NCBI GenBank assembly: GCA_905178155.1
Contig: CAJINV010000007.1
Location: 154,663-218,662, forward strand
Length of the DNA: 64,000 bases
Source of the DNA: Amoebophrya sp. A120
Taxonomy: Eukaryota; Protista; Dinoflagellata
Reading direction: 5' to 3'
How positions within the stretch are numbered: position 1 is the stretch's first letter; each line of letters opens with the position of its first letter. A program made the position numbers and the translations under genes. This document shows positions 1-12,300 of the stretch, piece after piece. The notes beneath the pieces were generated by a model. It was given only the letters and a program-made list of their open reading frames with translations. It searched no databases and was not told the origin of the DNA.

Positions 1-18
1 GAGAAAACTTTCAATGCA

Positions 19-56
19 GAACTTGCAACCGGGGAGATCTCCCCGGTTGCAAGTTC
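19..56. repeat. Perfect 38-bp palindrome
   Basis: GAACTTGCAACCGGGGAGATCTCCCCGGTTGCAAGTTC equals its own reverse complement. Confidence 0.95.
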
Positions 57-340
57 GAGCACGGAGCCCTTGAGCCCAGAATCCGCTCGTGAATAGCGAA
101 GCAGCGGAAGCTTTTCGTAGTTTCGCGCAGAAGTGAAAAACTACAGTTTTGACTCGCAACCACGAAGGACTTCTTGGAAGAACAGAGACAGTGAAGGACT
201 TGCAGTCGGGGAGATCTCGGAAGGGTTGTTCCCCCCGGCCTCTCGAGGTACCACGATGAACCACGTAGTACTTTTGCTCTTTACGTTCTTGCGGCAGTGC
301 AAGTGCAAGTTCATCATGATCTTCTCAAAAGAAACCAACG

Positions 341-3300
341 TCATTTATTTCCATACTTCTTACCGGCACTCAGCCTCTCCTCCTTCTCGCGTAACTCGCG
401 GCGCGTGAGCTGCAGGGAATCCTGCTCGTTTTTCCACTTCGCATCAAACTGCTGCTCCAGGTCGCTTAACCGGTTTCTATATTGCAGTTCCATGTCCGAT
501 ATGCATTGCAAAAGTATCGCACTCGTATAAATGCATTACAAATTTTCTCAGCATTAGAAATGGAGTTTGTCACGCGGATCTGTTTCAAGAAAAATTAAAA
601 TATTTGTGATGCATGATTGCATTTAGATTTACGACGAGTGCGATACTTTTGCACAGGATATCCGACTTCAGCGTTTCCAACCGCTCCTGCTGCGACGCCT
701 ATCAAATGCAAATATGTCTGGGTCTGGAAACTTGTAATGCTCGGTTGGGAATAGTGAACGCTTTGTAATGCACAGCCAAGCATGAGAAATTTTTGCCCTG
801 CTTTGTGTTGCGCTCTCCGCATGAAAAGCTGCGTTTTTGCATGACAGGCAAAAGGCTCTCTTCTTGGACACGCATCACAAACACTTCAGTCATGCCAGAC
901 AAGCATGACAAACCTTGCATCCTTCCAGGAGACCCAGACATATTTGCACTTGATAACGCCTGGTTGTCGGCAACGTTTTGCTCTTTGTGCCGCAGGTCCG
1001 CCTCCCGTTGCTGCAGCTGCCGTTCGTGCGAAACCCGCTGCTGTTCGAAGGACTGTTGCAGCCGCTGCAGTTCGTCTTCCTTGTCGCGAATCTGTTGACT
1101 GAGCTGCAACTCCCTCTCGTTGCAGGTCCGCTCGAAACTTTCTTGCTTCGCGCGAAACATCTGCTCCTCGTTGTCCAACCGCTGCCGCAGGTCGTGTTCC
1201 CGTTTCCGAATCGCATCGTCGACTTCCAGCTGTTTCTGCTGCGTGAAAGATTGCTCAAACAGCCGCTTTTCCTGGGTCAAACCGTCTTCCAGCTGCTGCT
1301 TCTTGAGAAAGAAGTCCCGTTCGAGCTTCAGGTTCTTTTCCTGCAAATCGTGCACCTCGGAGGAAAAAGATCGCTCCTGCTCCTGATTCTTTCGCGCAAA
1401 TTCCTGCTCCAATACGCGTTTTTGACTCTCGAGTTGCCGCTGCTTCTGCTCGAACTCTATCTGCAATTCTTCCCCAATTTTTAGAAGCTCCTGTTCCCGG
1501 GAGTTTGCGTTCTTCTCCGACTGGGACAACCACTATGCATTGCAAAAGTATCGCAATCGTATAAATGCATTACAAATTTCCTCAGCATTAGTGTAATGCG
1601 GATTTACCTTGAAAACATAAACAAGATTTGTATATGCATGATTGCAATACGAGTATCAGATACTTTTGCACAGGATAGCCGCTCGGTGAGGACGAATTCC
1701 AGTTCCTTCTTGTCGTTTTCGTACTTCTGAACTAGCGTCTGCTTCTGGAGGTCAAAGTCCCGGCGTAATTCCAGTTCTTTGTCTTGCAGCTTCCGGGCCG
1801 TTTCGTTGTTCAGGTCCAGCAGCTGTTTGCGCTGCTGTTCGTGCAGTTCGAACTGGAATTTTTCGTCGAACTTGCTCCGTTCCCGCGTGACCACGTCGGA
1901 TTCTAGCCGGTGTTTTTCGCTTTCGAAATCCATGCGCTGCTGCTCCAGCTTGTCCAGGTAAAACTTCTCGGTGCGCAGCTTTTCTTGCTGACACCGGTCG
2001 TTCACCTCCAAGTCCAGCCGGTGCTTTTCGTTCCGCATCTTATCCGTGAACTCGCAGTCCAACCGGTACCGTTCGTCCTGCAACTGCAGCTCTAACCGGT
2101 GCTATCCAAGGAAAAAAGTGTTACAGTTACGCATGTGTTGGAATTTCAGCATCACAAATTTGCTCTGCATGACGAAGAAAACTTGTAATGCGCAGACCAT
2201 AAGGGAAAACACGAATGGAATGAGGCTGGCACGCGTTTCCTGCATGACAGAGGTTGTCTGTCTTGCTTGTCTTGCATGAGAGTGTGTAACAGTAAACACT
2301 TTTTTCTCACGATAGGTGCTTCTCCTGGGAGAGCCTCTGCTCGATCTCGGAATCGATTTTCATCTTTTCGACGCGGAGTTTCTCATATGACAGTGCACAA
2401 CTCCCACTACAACCCCTCATTTGTAATGCAAAATCCCAAATCCAGCTGCTGCCATGTAGCACCACTAGTTGCATGACAAATCCTGCAAGCTCAAACAGCA
2501 CCACACTCCCGTGCAAATTTGTCATACAAAGCCGGCACTGTTGCTGCTGCTTGTATTGCCGTTCATGCGTATACAAATGAGGGGGACGAGGAGGAGTTGT
2601 GCACTGTCATATCTCACTCAAGTCGTGCGCTGCGCGTTCTTTCTCACTCCTCACCTTCTGCTCGAAGTCGGATTCTAGGCTTAGCCTTTCCTGCCTCACT
2701 TTGTCGGCAAAGTCGATATAAAATGCAAAAATGTGTGGGTCAGGAATTGTCATGCACAATTTGCATGGCCCATAATGTCTGTGGTGCATTCCCTAGCATC
2801 ACAGATTTTGTCACGGCTTCCTGATCCTGATGCCCATGCTACAGGAGAAATGCCCAATTGGGGAGGAAATAGTAGATCTCTTTCGCGGCTCATGTAATAC
2901 AGATTTTACGTGTAATGCATAGGCAGCATCACAAGTTGCCATCTTCCAGACCCAGACATTTTTGCAATGCATAGTCGAGTTCCAGTTGCAATTTCATCTC
3001 CCGGGCGTGTTGTTCGGCGAGCAACGCGGCTCTTTTATGAATTGCAAAAGTACTCGTATTGCAATCATGCACGACAAATCTTTTTCTTGAGGTAAATCCG
3101 CATCACAGATTTTTCTCATGCTGAGGAAATCTGTAATGCATTTATGCGAGTACGATACTTGTTTTGCAGTTCATATCTTTCCTGCACTTGCAGTTCCAAG
3201 CGGTGCTTCTCCTGCGCGACGCGGCTCTCCACCTCGGACTCTAGTCTCGCCCTTTCCCATATGAGAGTGCACAACTCCCTCTTCCCGTCATTTGTGATGC

Positions 3301-6300
3301 AAAATCCCAAATCCAGTCAAACCCCTGTGACACTGTTTGCATGACAAATTTCGAAAGCCCAGACAGTACTACAATAGGCGCATAAATTTGTCATGCACAG
3401 GCTCCAGGGTTGCTGGCGTTTGTTTTGCTGTTCATGCAATACAAATGAGGGGGAGGGGGTGGAGTTGTGCACTGTCATATCCAACCGCAACTTTTCCGCC
3501 AAATCTTGTCCGTGTTTCTCTTTTTCGCTTCGCAATCGTTGCTCGAATTCCGCTTCTAGTTGCTGCTTCTCACTGCGGACCTTGTCCGAGAACTCGAGCT
3601 CCAAACTGTGCCGTACTTCCCGCACGTGCTGATCACTCTGGAGTTGCAGCTTCTGTCTTTCACTGTTCGCCGCTAATTCGAGCTGGCGCGTACAGTCGAG
3701 CTTCACTTTTTCGCACTCCTTCTCGAGGCTCGAGGATTGGCGGACCGCTTCCTCCTTCTCGTGGAGTAGTTTGTGGAGCTCCTTGTCCTTTTCCAGTCTC
3801 TGTTTGTGGAGGTTCTCGTTAAACAGCAATTCCATGCTATCGCGAAGAAAAATCCACCCACTCCCATATCGCAAAGGGACACTTCTGAAATAAATTAAAT
3901 TTGCAATGCTGATTTGTGGCCACAAATGGTCTCTGTATTGCAACAAGGCCAATCCAGAGACTCCGCCGCATTATGCAGGCAGTTTGTGATGCTATGGGCC
4001 CTACAGATTACACATTTGCCATGCTACGCGCCTACGTCAGAACCCTTCTACTAAGGCTTGGTATGGGCCTGGTGCCGTCCTCCACTGCAAGACAGACCTG
4101 ATTTGTGTACGCAAATCCAGCATGAGAGCCTTCCTTTTGATATGGGGAGGGGGGATTTTTCCTTTTGATACATGCGGTGCTTTTCCGCTTCGAAGGCGTT
4201 TTCCATGCGGATTTTCTCCGTCCGCAGCACCTGCTCGCCTTCGGATTGCTTCTGCTGCTCGATCATCTGCGTCTTTTCGAGCAATTCTCGCTGCAGCTGC
4301 TCTTTTACCAGCAAGTTCCGCTGGTTCATCTCTTCTTCGAGTTTCTGCTTTTCCAAGCGGATCCTGGTTTGGAAATCCAGTTCTAACCGATGCTGCTCGT
4401 CACGAACCCGCTGCTCGGAGGTTAGCTCCAACTTCTGCTTTTCTTGCGCCAAATTTTGCTCGAAGACTCGCCCTTGCTCCAGCTTGATCTCCTCCCGGAT
4501 GTCGTCAACCACCGCTTTCTCGACGAAAAGTGACTGGTGTTCCTGCTGCAGTTTGTACAGCTCCTTGTCGCGTTCCATCTTTTCGACATGCAGTTTCTCG
4601 TTGAACTGCAAGTTCAATTCGTGTTTCTCCACATTGAACGCATTTTCTAGCCGCATTTTTTCCGCGTGCAGCTGCTTCTCAAATTCCGCGTTTTTACTCT
4701 CGTTCAACTGCTGCAGTTTCTCGTTCTGCTCGGTCAGATACTTTCTTTCCAAAGAGGAAAATTTCGTTTCGAAGTCTTGCAATAAAATGCTCTTTTCACT
4801 GTCGAACTTGCTTTTTTCCGCTTCCAGGCAGTGCAGGTGCTCGGCTTCCTATCCAAGAAAAAAACACCATCACAGTCACATTTAGGAGGTTTTGCATCAG
4901 TAATTTTTCTCGCATGACAAATTTTTCTTGTATTGCAAAAACATAAGGGAAATCCCGTATAAATTTTGACTGTGATGCATTTTTGCGCATGACAAAAATT
5001 TCTGTATTGCAAAAACGTGCAATAGTGATTGTGATGCTCGTTTTTTCTTGAATACTTCCAGCTGCGCGATTTTCTGGTCGAAGGTTTCCCGCTCCTTGAT
5101 ACCCCGATCGACCTGCTGCTCTATCCCAGAGAAAAAAGCGGGCAGGGCATGTTTGTAATGCAAAAATAAATGCAGAGAAAAACTTGTCAATGTCATGGTT
5201 GGCCACATAGCATGCTGTTTCGGGTATGCAATACAGATTTTTCTGTGTCTTTATTTCTGCATTACAAATCTGTCCTGCCTGTCTTTTTCTGTGAGATAAG
5301 CTCCGTCCGCTGCAGAGAGTCCCGGACCATCTGCAGCTCGTTTTCGAATTGCAGTTTTAATTTATTCGCCTCTAGTTTCTCGGTATTCAGCGCCGCGTTC
5401 CGGTCGAAGAGTTGCTGCTCCGTTTGCCGGATTTTCGTTTGACAGTCATTTTTCACCTCCAGAAGCTCCTTTTCGTAGTCTTTCTGCCTTAAACGCAGCA
5501 ATTCCTCGAGGTCCTGCTGCTTCTTCTTCGCCTGTTGCTTTTCCTTCTGCACTTGCTGATGACATTCCTTCTCCAAGTCCGCTATTTTTTTCTCCGAATT
5601 TTGCTTCCACCGCTGCTTTTCCGCTTCCAGTATGCATTGCAAAAGTATCGCACTCGTAATATAAATGCATCACAGATTTCCTCAGCATGAGAAATAACAT
5701 TTGTAATGCGGATTTACCTTAATGTAATGCACGACTGCAATTACTACGAGTACGGTACTTTTGCACAGGATATCCAGCTGCTTGCTGTAACTCTCCTCGA
5801 TTTTCGCCTGGCGGTCGGCAAACTGCTTCTCTAGCTCTAGCCGTTGGTTCGACAACACGACCCGCTCGTTGCTCATCTCGCCACAGATGCTGCTGTGCTT
5901 TTGCTCGAACTGCTGCTGCATTTCGTGAAGCTTTTCCCGGTACTCTTGCTCCACTAACCGGTTTTTGTTTTGCACGAGGAGCTTCTCGGATTCCAGTTGC
6001 TGCTCCAGTTCTATCAATTGTTGCTTGCACAGTTTTATGAACTGCAAAAGCATCGACGTACTAGTGGCGATTGCAATACAAATTAGCTGTGCATGACAAA
6101 GAAAATTTGTCATGCTGATTGAGCTTGGAAAGGAGATTTGTCATGCATCATTGCAATTACGAGTACGAAGATATTTTGCAATGCATAAGTTTTTCGATTT
6201 TCAACTTTTCTTCGTAGAACTCATTTTCGAGATTTGTCTGTTTGTCGAGAAACTCCTGCTCTAATTGCCTTTTCAACTGGGTGAAGTTCCGCTTTTCAGT

Positions 6301-9300
6301 GTCCAGCAGCTGTTCCTGCCTCTGCACTTTCTCCTTGCACTCGTTCAAAATTTTCTTCTGCTCCGTCGCAGTTGATTCTTTCAGCTTCGAAAACTGGTTT
6401 TCTGCCTCGCGTTTCTGCTTCTCTAGTATGACCCGCTCAGATGTTACAATCTCAAACGTTACAATAGAATCTGGAAATCTGTCATGCAGGAGTGAATGAT
6501 TTAGCCAACTCTCATGGGGCGGCCACGCATGACAAGTTCCGGCGGAGTCCCAAACCGCACTACAATCTGGCGAAATTTGTATTGCAGAAAGTGGAACGGT
6601 CTGTGACTCTGTAATGCTCGCGATGCAAGACAAATCCCAGATAATTCTATTGTAACGTTTGAGATTGTAACACCTGAGCGGGTTATATCGAGATGCTCTA
6701 TTTTCCTTCTCGCTTCCTGCCGTTCTTTCTCCCAAATTCGCTGCTGTTCCTGTTCGAAAGAATCCTTCGAAGAATTTAATTTCCGCTTATGCATTGCAAA
6801 TATGTGTGGCTCTGGAGAATTCTGAGATCTGTCATGCTGTTTTTCCAAGCTCTCTCAAGTCTGCAATGCGGGGCCTAGCATCACAGGTTCTGCTGCCCCT
6901 TCGTGATGCCTATTCTGCATGAGAAATGCCCTCTCAGAATGACCAGAAGTGATTACCTATTGCCAGTCATGCAACACAGATCTCAGTCGTATGGTCCACA
7001 ACTCGCATCGCAAGTTCGGATCCTTCCAGACCCAGACATCTTTGCATTTGATACCGCTTCTCCTGCTGCAACTTCTGCGAAAAATCTTTTTCCAACTCCA
7101 GAACCTTCTCGTTGTACTGGTTTTCCAGCCGTTTCCTCTCCTCGGCAACAACTTTACTAGAATTTTGCTCCTTCTTATCCGCATTGTCCTTGACTTTTTT
7201 CTCGTAATCCAGCTTCAAGCTCCTTTGTTGCTCCTTGAACTCCAATTCCTTGGACTGAAAATCAATATCAAATGCAAAAGTGTCTGGGTCTGGAAACTTC
7301 TAATGCTAAAAGGGAATGATAGACGCACTGCATTAGGCAGCTACGCATGACAAGTTTTTTGGCTGCCGTGTCTTACGTATTCCGCATGGCAAACTGCATT
7401 TTTGCATGACAGGTAAGAGGGCCTTTTCGTGCCTATGCAACACAGATTCTCGAATCATGCCAGACAAGCATGACAAACTTGCACTCTTCCAGACCCAGAC
7501 ACGTTTGCATTTGATAATCAAACTCCAGCTGCGATTTCAATTCCCGGTACTCGTTTTTCAGTTTTTTTTTATGCATTGCAAAACTATCGTACTAGTACAA
7601 ACCAGCCATGCTCCGGCTGCCGCCGGAGCGCAGGGCTGTTGGGCCGGGGCAAGACTGTTTGCCGATCGGACCACAACGCCACGGGTCTAATATGCACAAC
7701 GAAACATACTGGAGTCCCGCTCCTTCCGCCTGTTTGCGCCGCGCCAACCCGCAGGACCACTTGCGCGCTTCCCGCGCCTGTGGGCGCTCTGCGCAGGGAG
7801 CAGCTGCAAAGAACACCGGGGGCGAACAGAAGCCGCCAGGCGCGAGAGGGTAGCGCGAGAGGGTGGCGCGGGAGGGTGGTGCGGGAGGGTGGCGCGAGAG
7901 GGTTGCGCGAGAGGGTGCGCGAGAGGGTGGCGCGAGAGGGTGGCGCGGAAAGGCGCCGAACAAAACAAGTCCACGACTGGCCTGCAGTGCCAAATATGGG
8001 GACTACCATGCGGATTCGCGCCCGCCACTTTGTGTTTTTACCCTCTCGCAGACCTCTCGCAGACCCTCTTTTTGACCTCTTTTGGGGGTCCCCGCTAATA
8101 ATCCGGCTATACTCGCGGGTAGAGGTCGACAGAGGTGGCCGAGAGGTGGCCAAGAGGGTCCGCGAGAGGTCGCCCCTTATTCGCGCCACCTCTCTCCACC
8201 TCTGTCGACCTCTCGCGCCCCCTCTTTTTGACCTCTCTGCACCCTCTGAGGCACTTAGGCGCCGCCTTAAGGTGGGGCCTTCGGCGGGCTATACTCGCGC
8301 ACCCTCTCGCCGACCCTCTCGAAAGGGGTCCCGCGCCACCTCTCCACCTCTGTCGACCTCTTTTTTACCTCTTTTGACCTCTTTTTGACCTCTCGGCCAC
8401 CTCTCGTTTACCCTCTGTCTACCTCTTTTTCCGCATGAATATAGTATATAGTAATAGCATGACAAATTTTTGCAAAAAGAAAAATGGAATTTGTAATGCT
8501 GATTGAGGTTAAATGGTAGATCTGTCATGCAAGACTGCCATTCATACGAGTACGATACTTTTGCACAGGATACTTTTCCGCTTGCTGCAAAACGGCGGTT
8601 TGCTCGTCAATTGATTGCTCCAGTTCCCGCTGTCGGTCCTGAAATCTTTTCTCGAGATTTTGCTCGAAGAGCACTTTTTCTTCCTCAATTTTCGCCTTTT
8701 CTTCCTTCATTTGTTGCCTCTCAGAATGAACTGACTTCTGCAAATTGTCCTCCTTCTCCGCAAACTTTTGCTCCATATCCCTCTTCTCCTGCTGCAAGGC
8801 CATCCGCTCGGTGGACAAGTCGGCGGAAAGCCTGTTCTTATCCAGTGCAAAAGTATCGCACTCGGACTATTTATTGCAGTTACGCATCACAAATCTAGTT
8901 CTAGGCGCCAAGGGCAATCCGCGTTACAAAATTCATTTCTCATGCTGCGAAAATTTGTAAATGCATTTGTACGAGTACGATACTTTTGCAATGCATAGTT
9001 CTGCTTGGACAGCAGTTCCGCTTCCAGTTCGGAAATTTTCGCCCGAAACTGCTGGTCCAACTCGCGCTCCTTCTTTCGCAGGGAATCCTGCTCCTGCAAG
9101 AGTTCTTCGTTGTAGAAGTGCTGCTTTTCCAGAGTGAGTTTTTGTTTGCTTTCCAGGAGTTCCTGGGAAAGCTTCTCGAATTTCGTCGTCTGCTGCTCCT
9201 CGTTATGGCGTTCTCAAACGTTACATTCTCAACTGTTACATGAACTTGTAATGCAAGAACGGCAAAAGTGAAAGGGCGAAGTTTGCGCCTTTTGCATTAC

Positions 9301-12300
9301 AAGTTCCGCACAGATTTAGGTGCTGTTTAGCCCCTCGCAGATTTGTCATGCGAAGCAGCTTGACCATCTGGCGGCTTAAGGTAGTTTTGCATGGCAAATC
9401 CATGTAACAGTTGAGAATGTAACGTTTGAGAATCCCATACTCGTGCTGGAGGATTTGGAGCTTCTGTTTTTCCAACACCTGTATCAAATGCAAGTATGTC
9501 TGGGTCCTCTGGAAGGATGCAAGGTTTGTCATGCACGTTTTACATGACTCCTGATGTCTGTGATGCATGCCCTAGCATCACAGATTCTGTGAGGGCTTCC
9601 CGTTCATGCCTATACCGCATGAGAAATGCCGTGTCGCCGTGGTAAAAACTGGCCCTCTTTTGCTGTTAATGCAATACAGATTTTCGTAGAATCCAAGTGC
9701 AGCATCACAAGTTGCATCTTTCCAGACAGCATCCAAGGCTATTTGCAGCGCATAACCTCTCGCAGTTGAAACACCTCCTGCTCCGCCTGCTGGAACTGCT
9801 GTTTCTGCTGCTCCAGAAAGCGCTGCTGCTGATGCAACGCGTTCTCTTCCTGGAGCTGCTGTTGCCGCTTCCCGGAGAAAGATTCTTCCTCGATGGAAAA
9901 CGCTTTCCGTTGCTTCTCCAGTAGCTGCTTTTCCGCGTCGAGCTCGGCTTTCAGCAATTCCAGTTCCGTCTGCTGCTTGAGCAGAATTTTCTCGCTGTCC
10001 TGTAGCTTTTTCACTGAACTTCTTTCCTTCTCACAGAGTTCCTTCTCAATCTGATCGCACCGGTCCTGCTTCTCCAGTAGCGAACTTTCCATCTGCTTCT
10101 TTTTCAGCTCGAAGTCTTGCATCAGTTCAAGAAATCCGTGCTCCGATTTCTGCAGCTCCAGTTCGGATTTCTGCAGCAGCTCCGACCGTAGTTCGAGTTC
10201 CTTCTGCTCAAAACTTGCTTTCAAATTCTGCTTCTCGAGGTCTAGCAGATGCGTTATCCTGAGCAAAAACGACCCCACCCCATAGTCAAGATGGGAAACC
10301 TGCTAAACAAATCAGCCAGCTTTGGTTGTTGTGCATGACAGGTTTCGCCTCGTAGTGCAATCCTGTTTAGCTTGTTCAGCGGCATCACAGATCTAGCCTA
10401 CTATGCTGATTGGAGCATTACAAATCCCAAAGAACGACTAGAAAATGCTTCTCATGGATCTCCGCATGAGAAACATTTTCAGCATGCAGATTTGCATTAC
10501 AACTCTGGTGTGGGGACGTTTCTACTCACGATATGCGTCTTGTCGTCGAGGTCTTGCTTCAATGCTTTCTCTTTCTGGGTAAACTCGAGAGTCATATGAA
10601 ATGCAAAAATGTCTGGGTCTGGAAACTTGTGATGCTAAAATGTGACTGGTGGGCGCACTGCAATACGCAACCAAGCATGACAAATTTTTGAGCTGCTCTT
10701 GTGTTTCGTTTTTCGCATGGCAAACTGCGTTTCTGCATGACAGACAAGAGGCCCTTTTCGTGCCTATGCAACACAGATTCTCGAGTCATACCAGACAAGC
10801 ATGACAAACTTCCAGACCCAGACACTTTTACAGTTGATAAGTCAAAACCTTCTCCAATTCCTCCAATTCTGCCAGCCGCTTCTTCTCGATCAGCTCCGCG
10901 TTCAATCTTATGCATTGCGAAAGTATCGCTCTCGCATGGCAATCATCGTTCGTTCGTTGTGGATCGGCTCTGCCGACCGGGTAACCCAACGCCTTGCATA
11001 TAAATGACCGACTTAGGCGAATCCCGTTGCGGGCATACAAATTGGCCGTACGGAAGGGCCCTAAGCGCTACATACATAGTTCACCCTAAGCGCCTACCAC
11101 TTCGGTCTGGGACCTCGTCTACCTGATCCTGGGGGTCCACAGCGCACTAGCCCTTTGCTAGCATAAACAGACTGGGTTCTAAAAACTGACTTAACTCCCT
11201 CCATCCTTACAACAGTAAGGCCATCATAAAGGTGCGCTAAAAAGGGTTCGGGGCGCTCCGTACGGAAGGGAGCCTTTCGACGCGGCGTACGCTCTCCTGT
11301 AGAGGTTTACGCGGAACACGGATGGGCCGCGCACGCAACTCAGTCGAGGAGGACACACGCTATCCTCAATAACAGAGGCGGTAGTCCCTCACGGCGGCTG
11401 GCCTGTCTGAAGACTGTAAGCCCCACCTCCCATCTTCCCGGTTCGTCAATGACTCGGGCGAGCCATGTTACTTAGACTCCCCGCACATGCAAATATGGGA
11501 CGGCTGGGGGGGTTTAAAAGGTGCTCGCGCCGTTCATGATCTACTATAAAAGAAAAAGTCTTACTTATACAAATGGCGGAGCTTATAACTACGAGCTGAT
11601 GGCCTCCTGTTTAATGCTTCATCTCCCTCCTTCCTCTTTTCTTCCTTCTTCAATTAAATTCGCCCCCCTCTTCACCTTTAACTCGCCTCTGTTTCAATTT
11701 AACTCGCCGCCATCTAACTCGCCTCCTTCCTTCTTCGCCATTAGTCGCCTCCTCTCCTGTCTCTTCCCCACTTTGACTCGCCCCTTTCCCGTCTAGCTAG
11801 CTGCTCCCGGCTCGCAGTTCAGAGTCTTCGCGCATTCAAGTCGAACGCCTGGCCCCGTTACCTGCGTAATTATTTTTTTTTATTTTTTTTTTTTTTTGGG
11901 TCTGGATCGTCTCCGGGCTTCTTTATCTGGATGGGCTCGATCTTCTTAGCCTCTTGTCTTTACCTGCTTAGTATATTTTTTGGGATCCTGTAAGTTCCTC
12001 ACCCTGCCTCGTGATCTGCCTGAGTGCTCCCGTGCTGATCTTAGTTGTATCAATTTCGTCGGCCGCTTAATGGTTCCACTAGCTGGACAGGTTTTGAAGG
12101 CTCTGAGAGCGATGGCGAGGCTTTGGGACGAACGCACCAATTCGCGCGAATCTTCTCGCCGGCTTCTCTTTTTTATTTTTTTTTTTTTTCTCTCCTGTTT
12201 CTGTTTCAGATTTAGAACTCTACTGCACTGGACTGCTGTACTTTTCAGCAGCCGGCAAAGTCTTGCAGTGATGTGTTTTTCAAACGGCCAACGAGGTGCA

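Noticed and set aside
7576-8388. ORFs of 200-270 aa in the GC-rich repeat (also ~30900-31500 and 40610-41350)
   Set aside because: They arise from the internal minisatellite of the Helitron-like element; no Rep/helicase motifs, and frames differ between copies.
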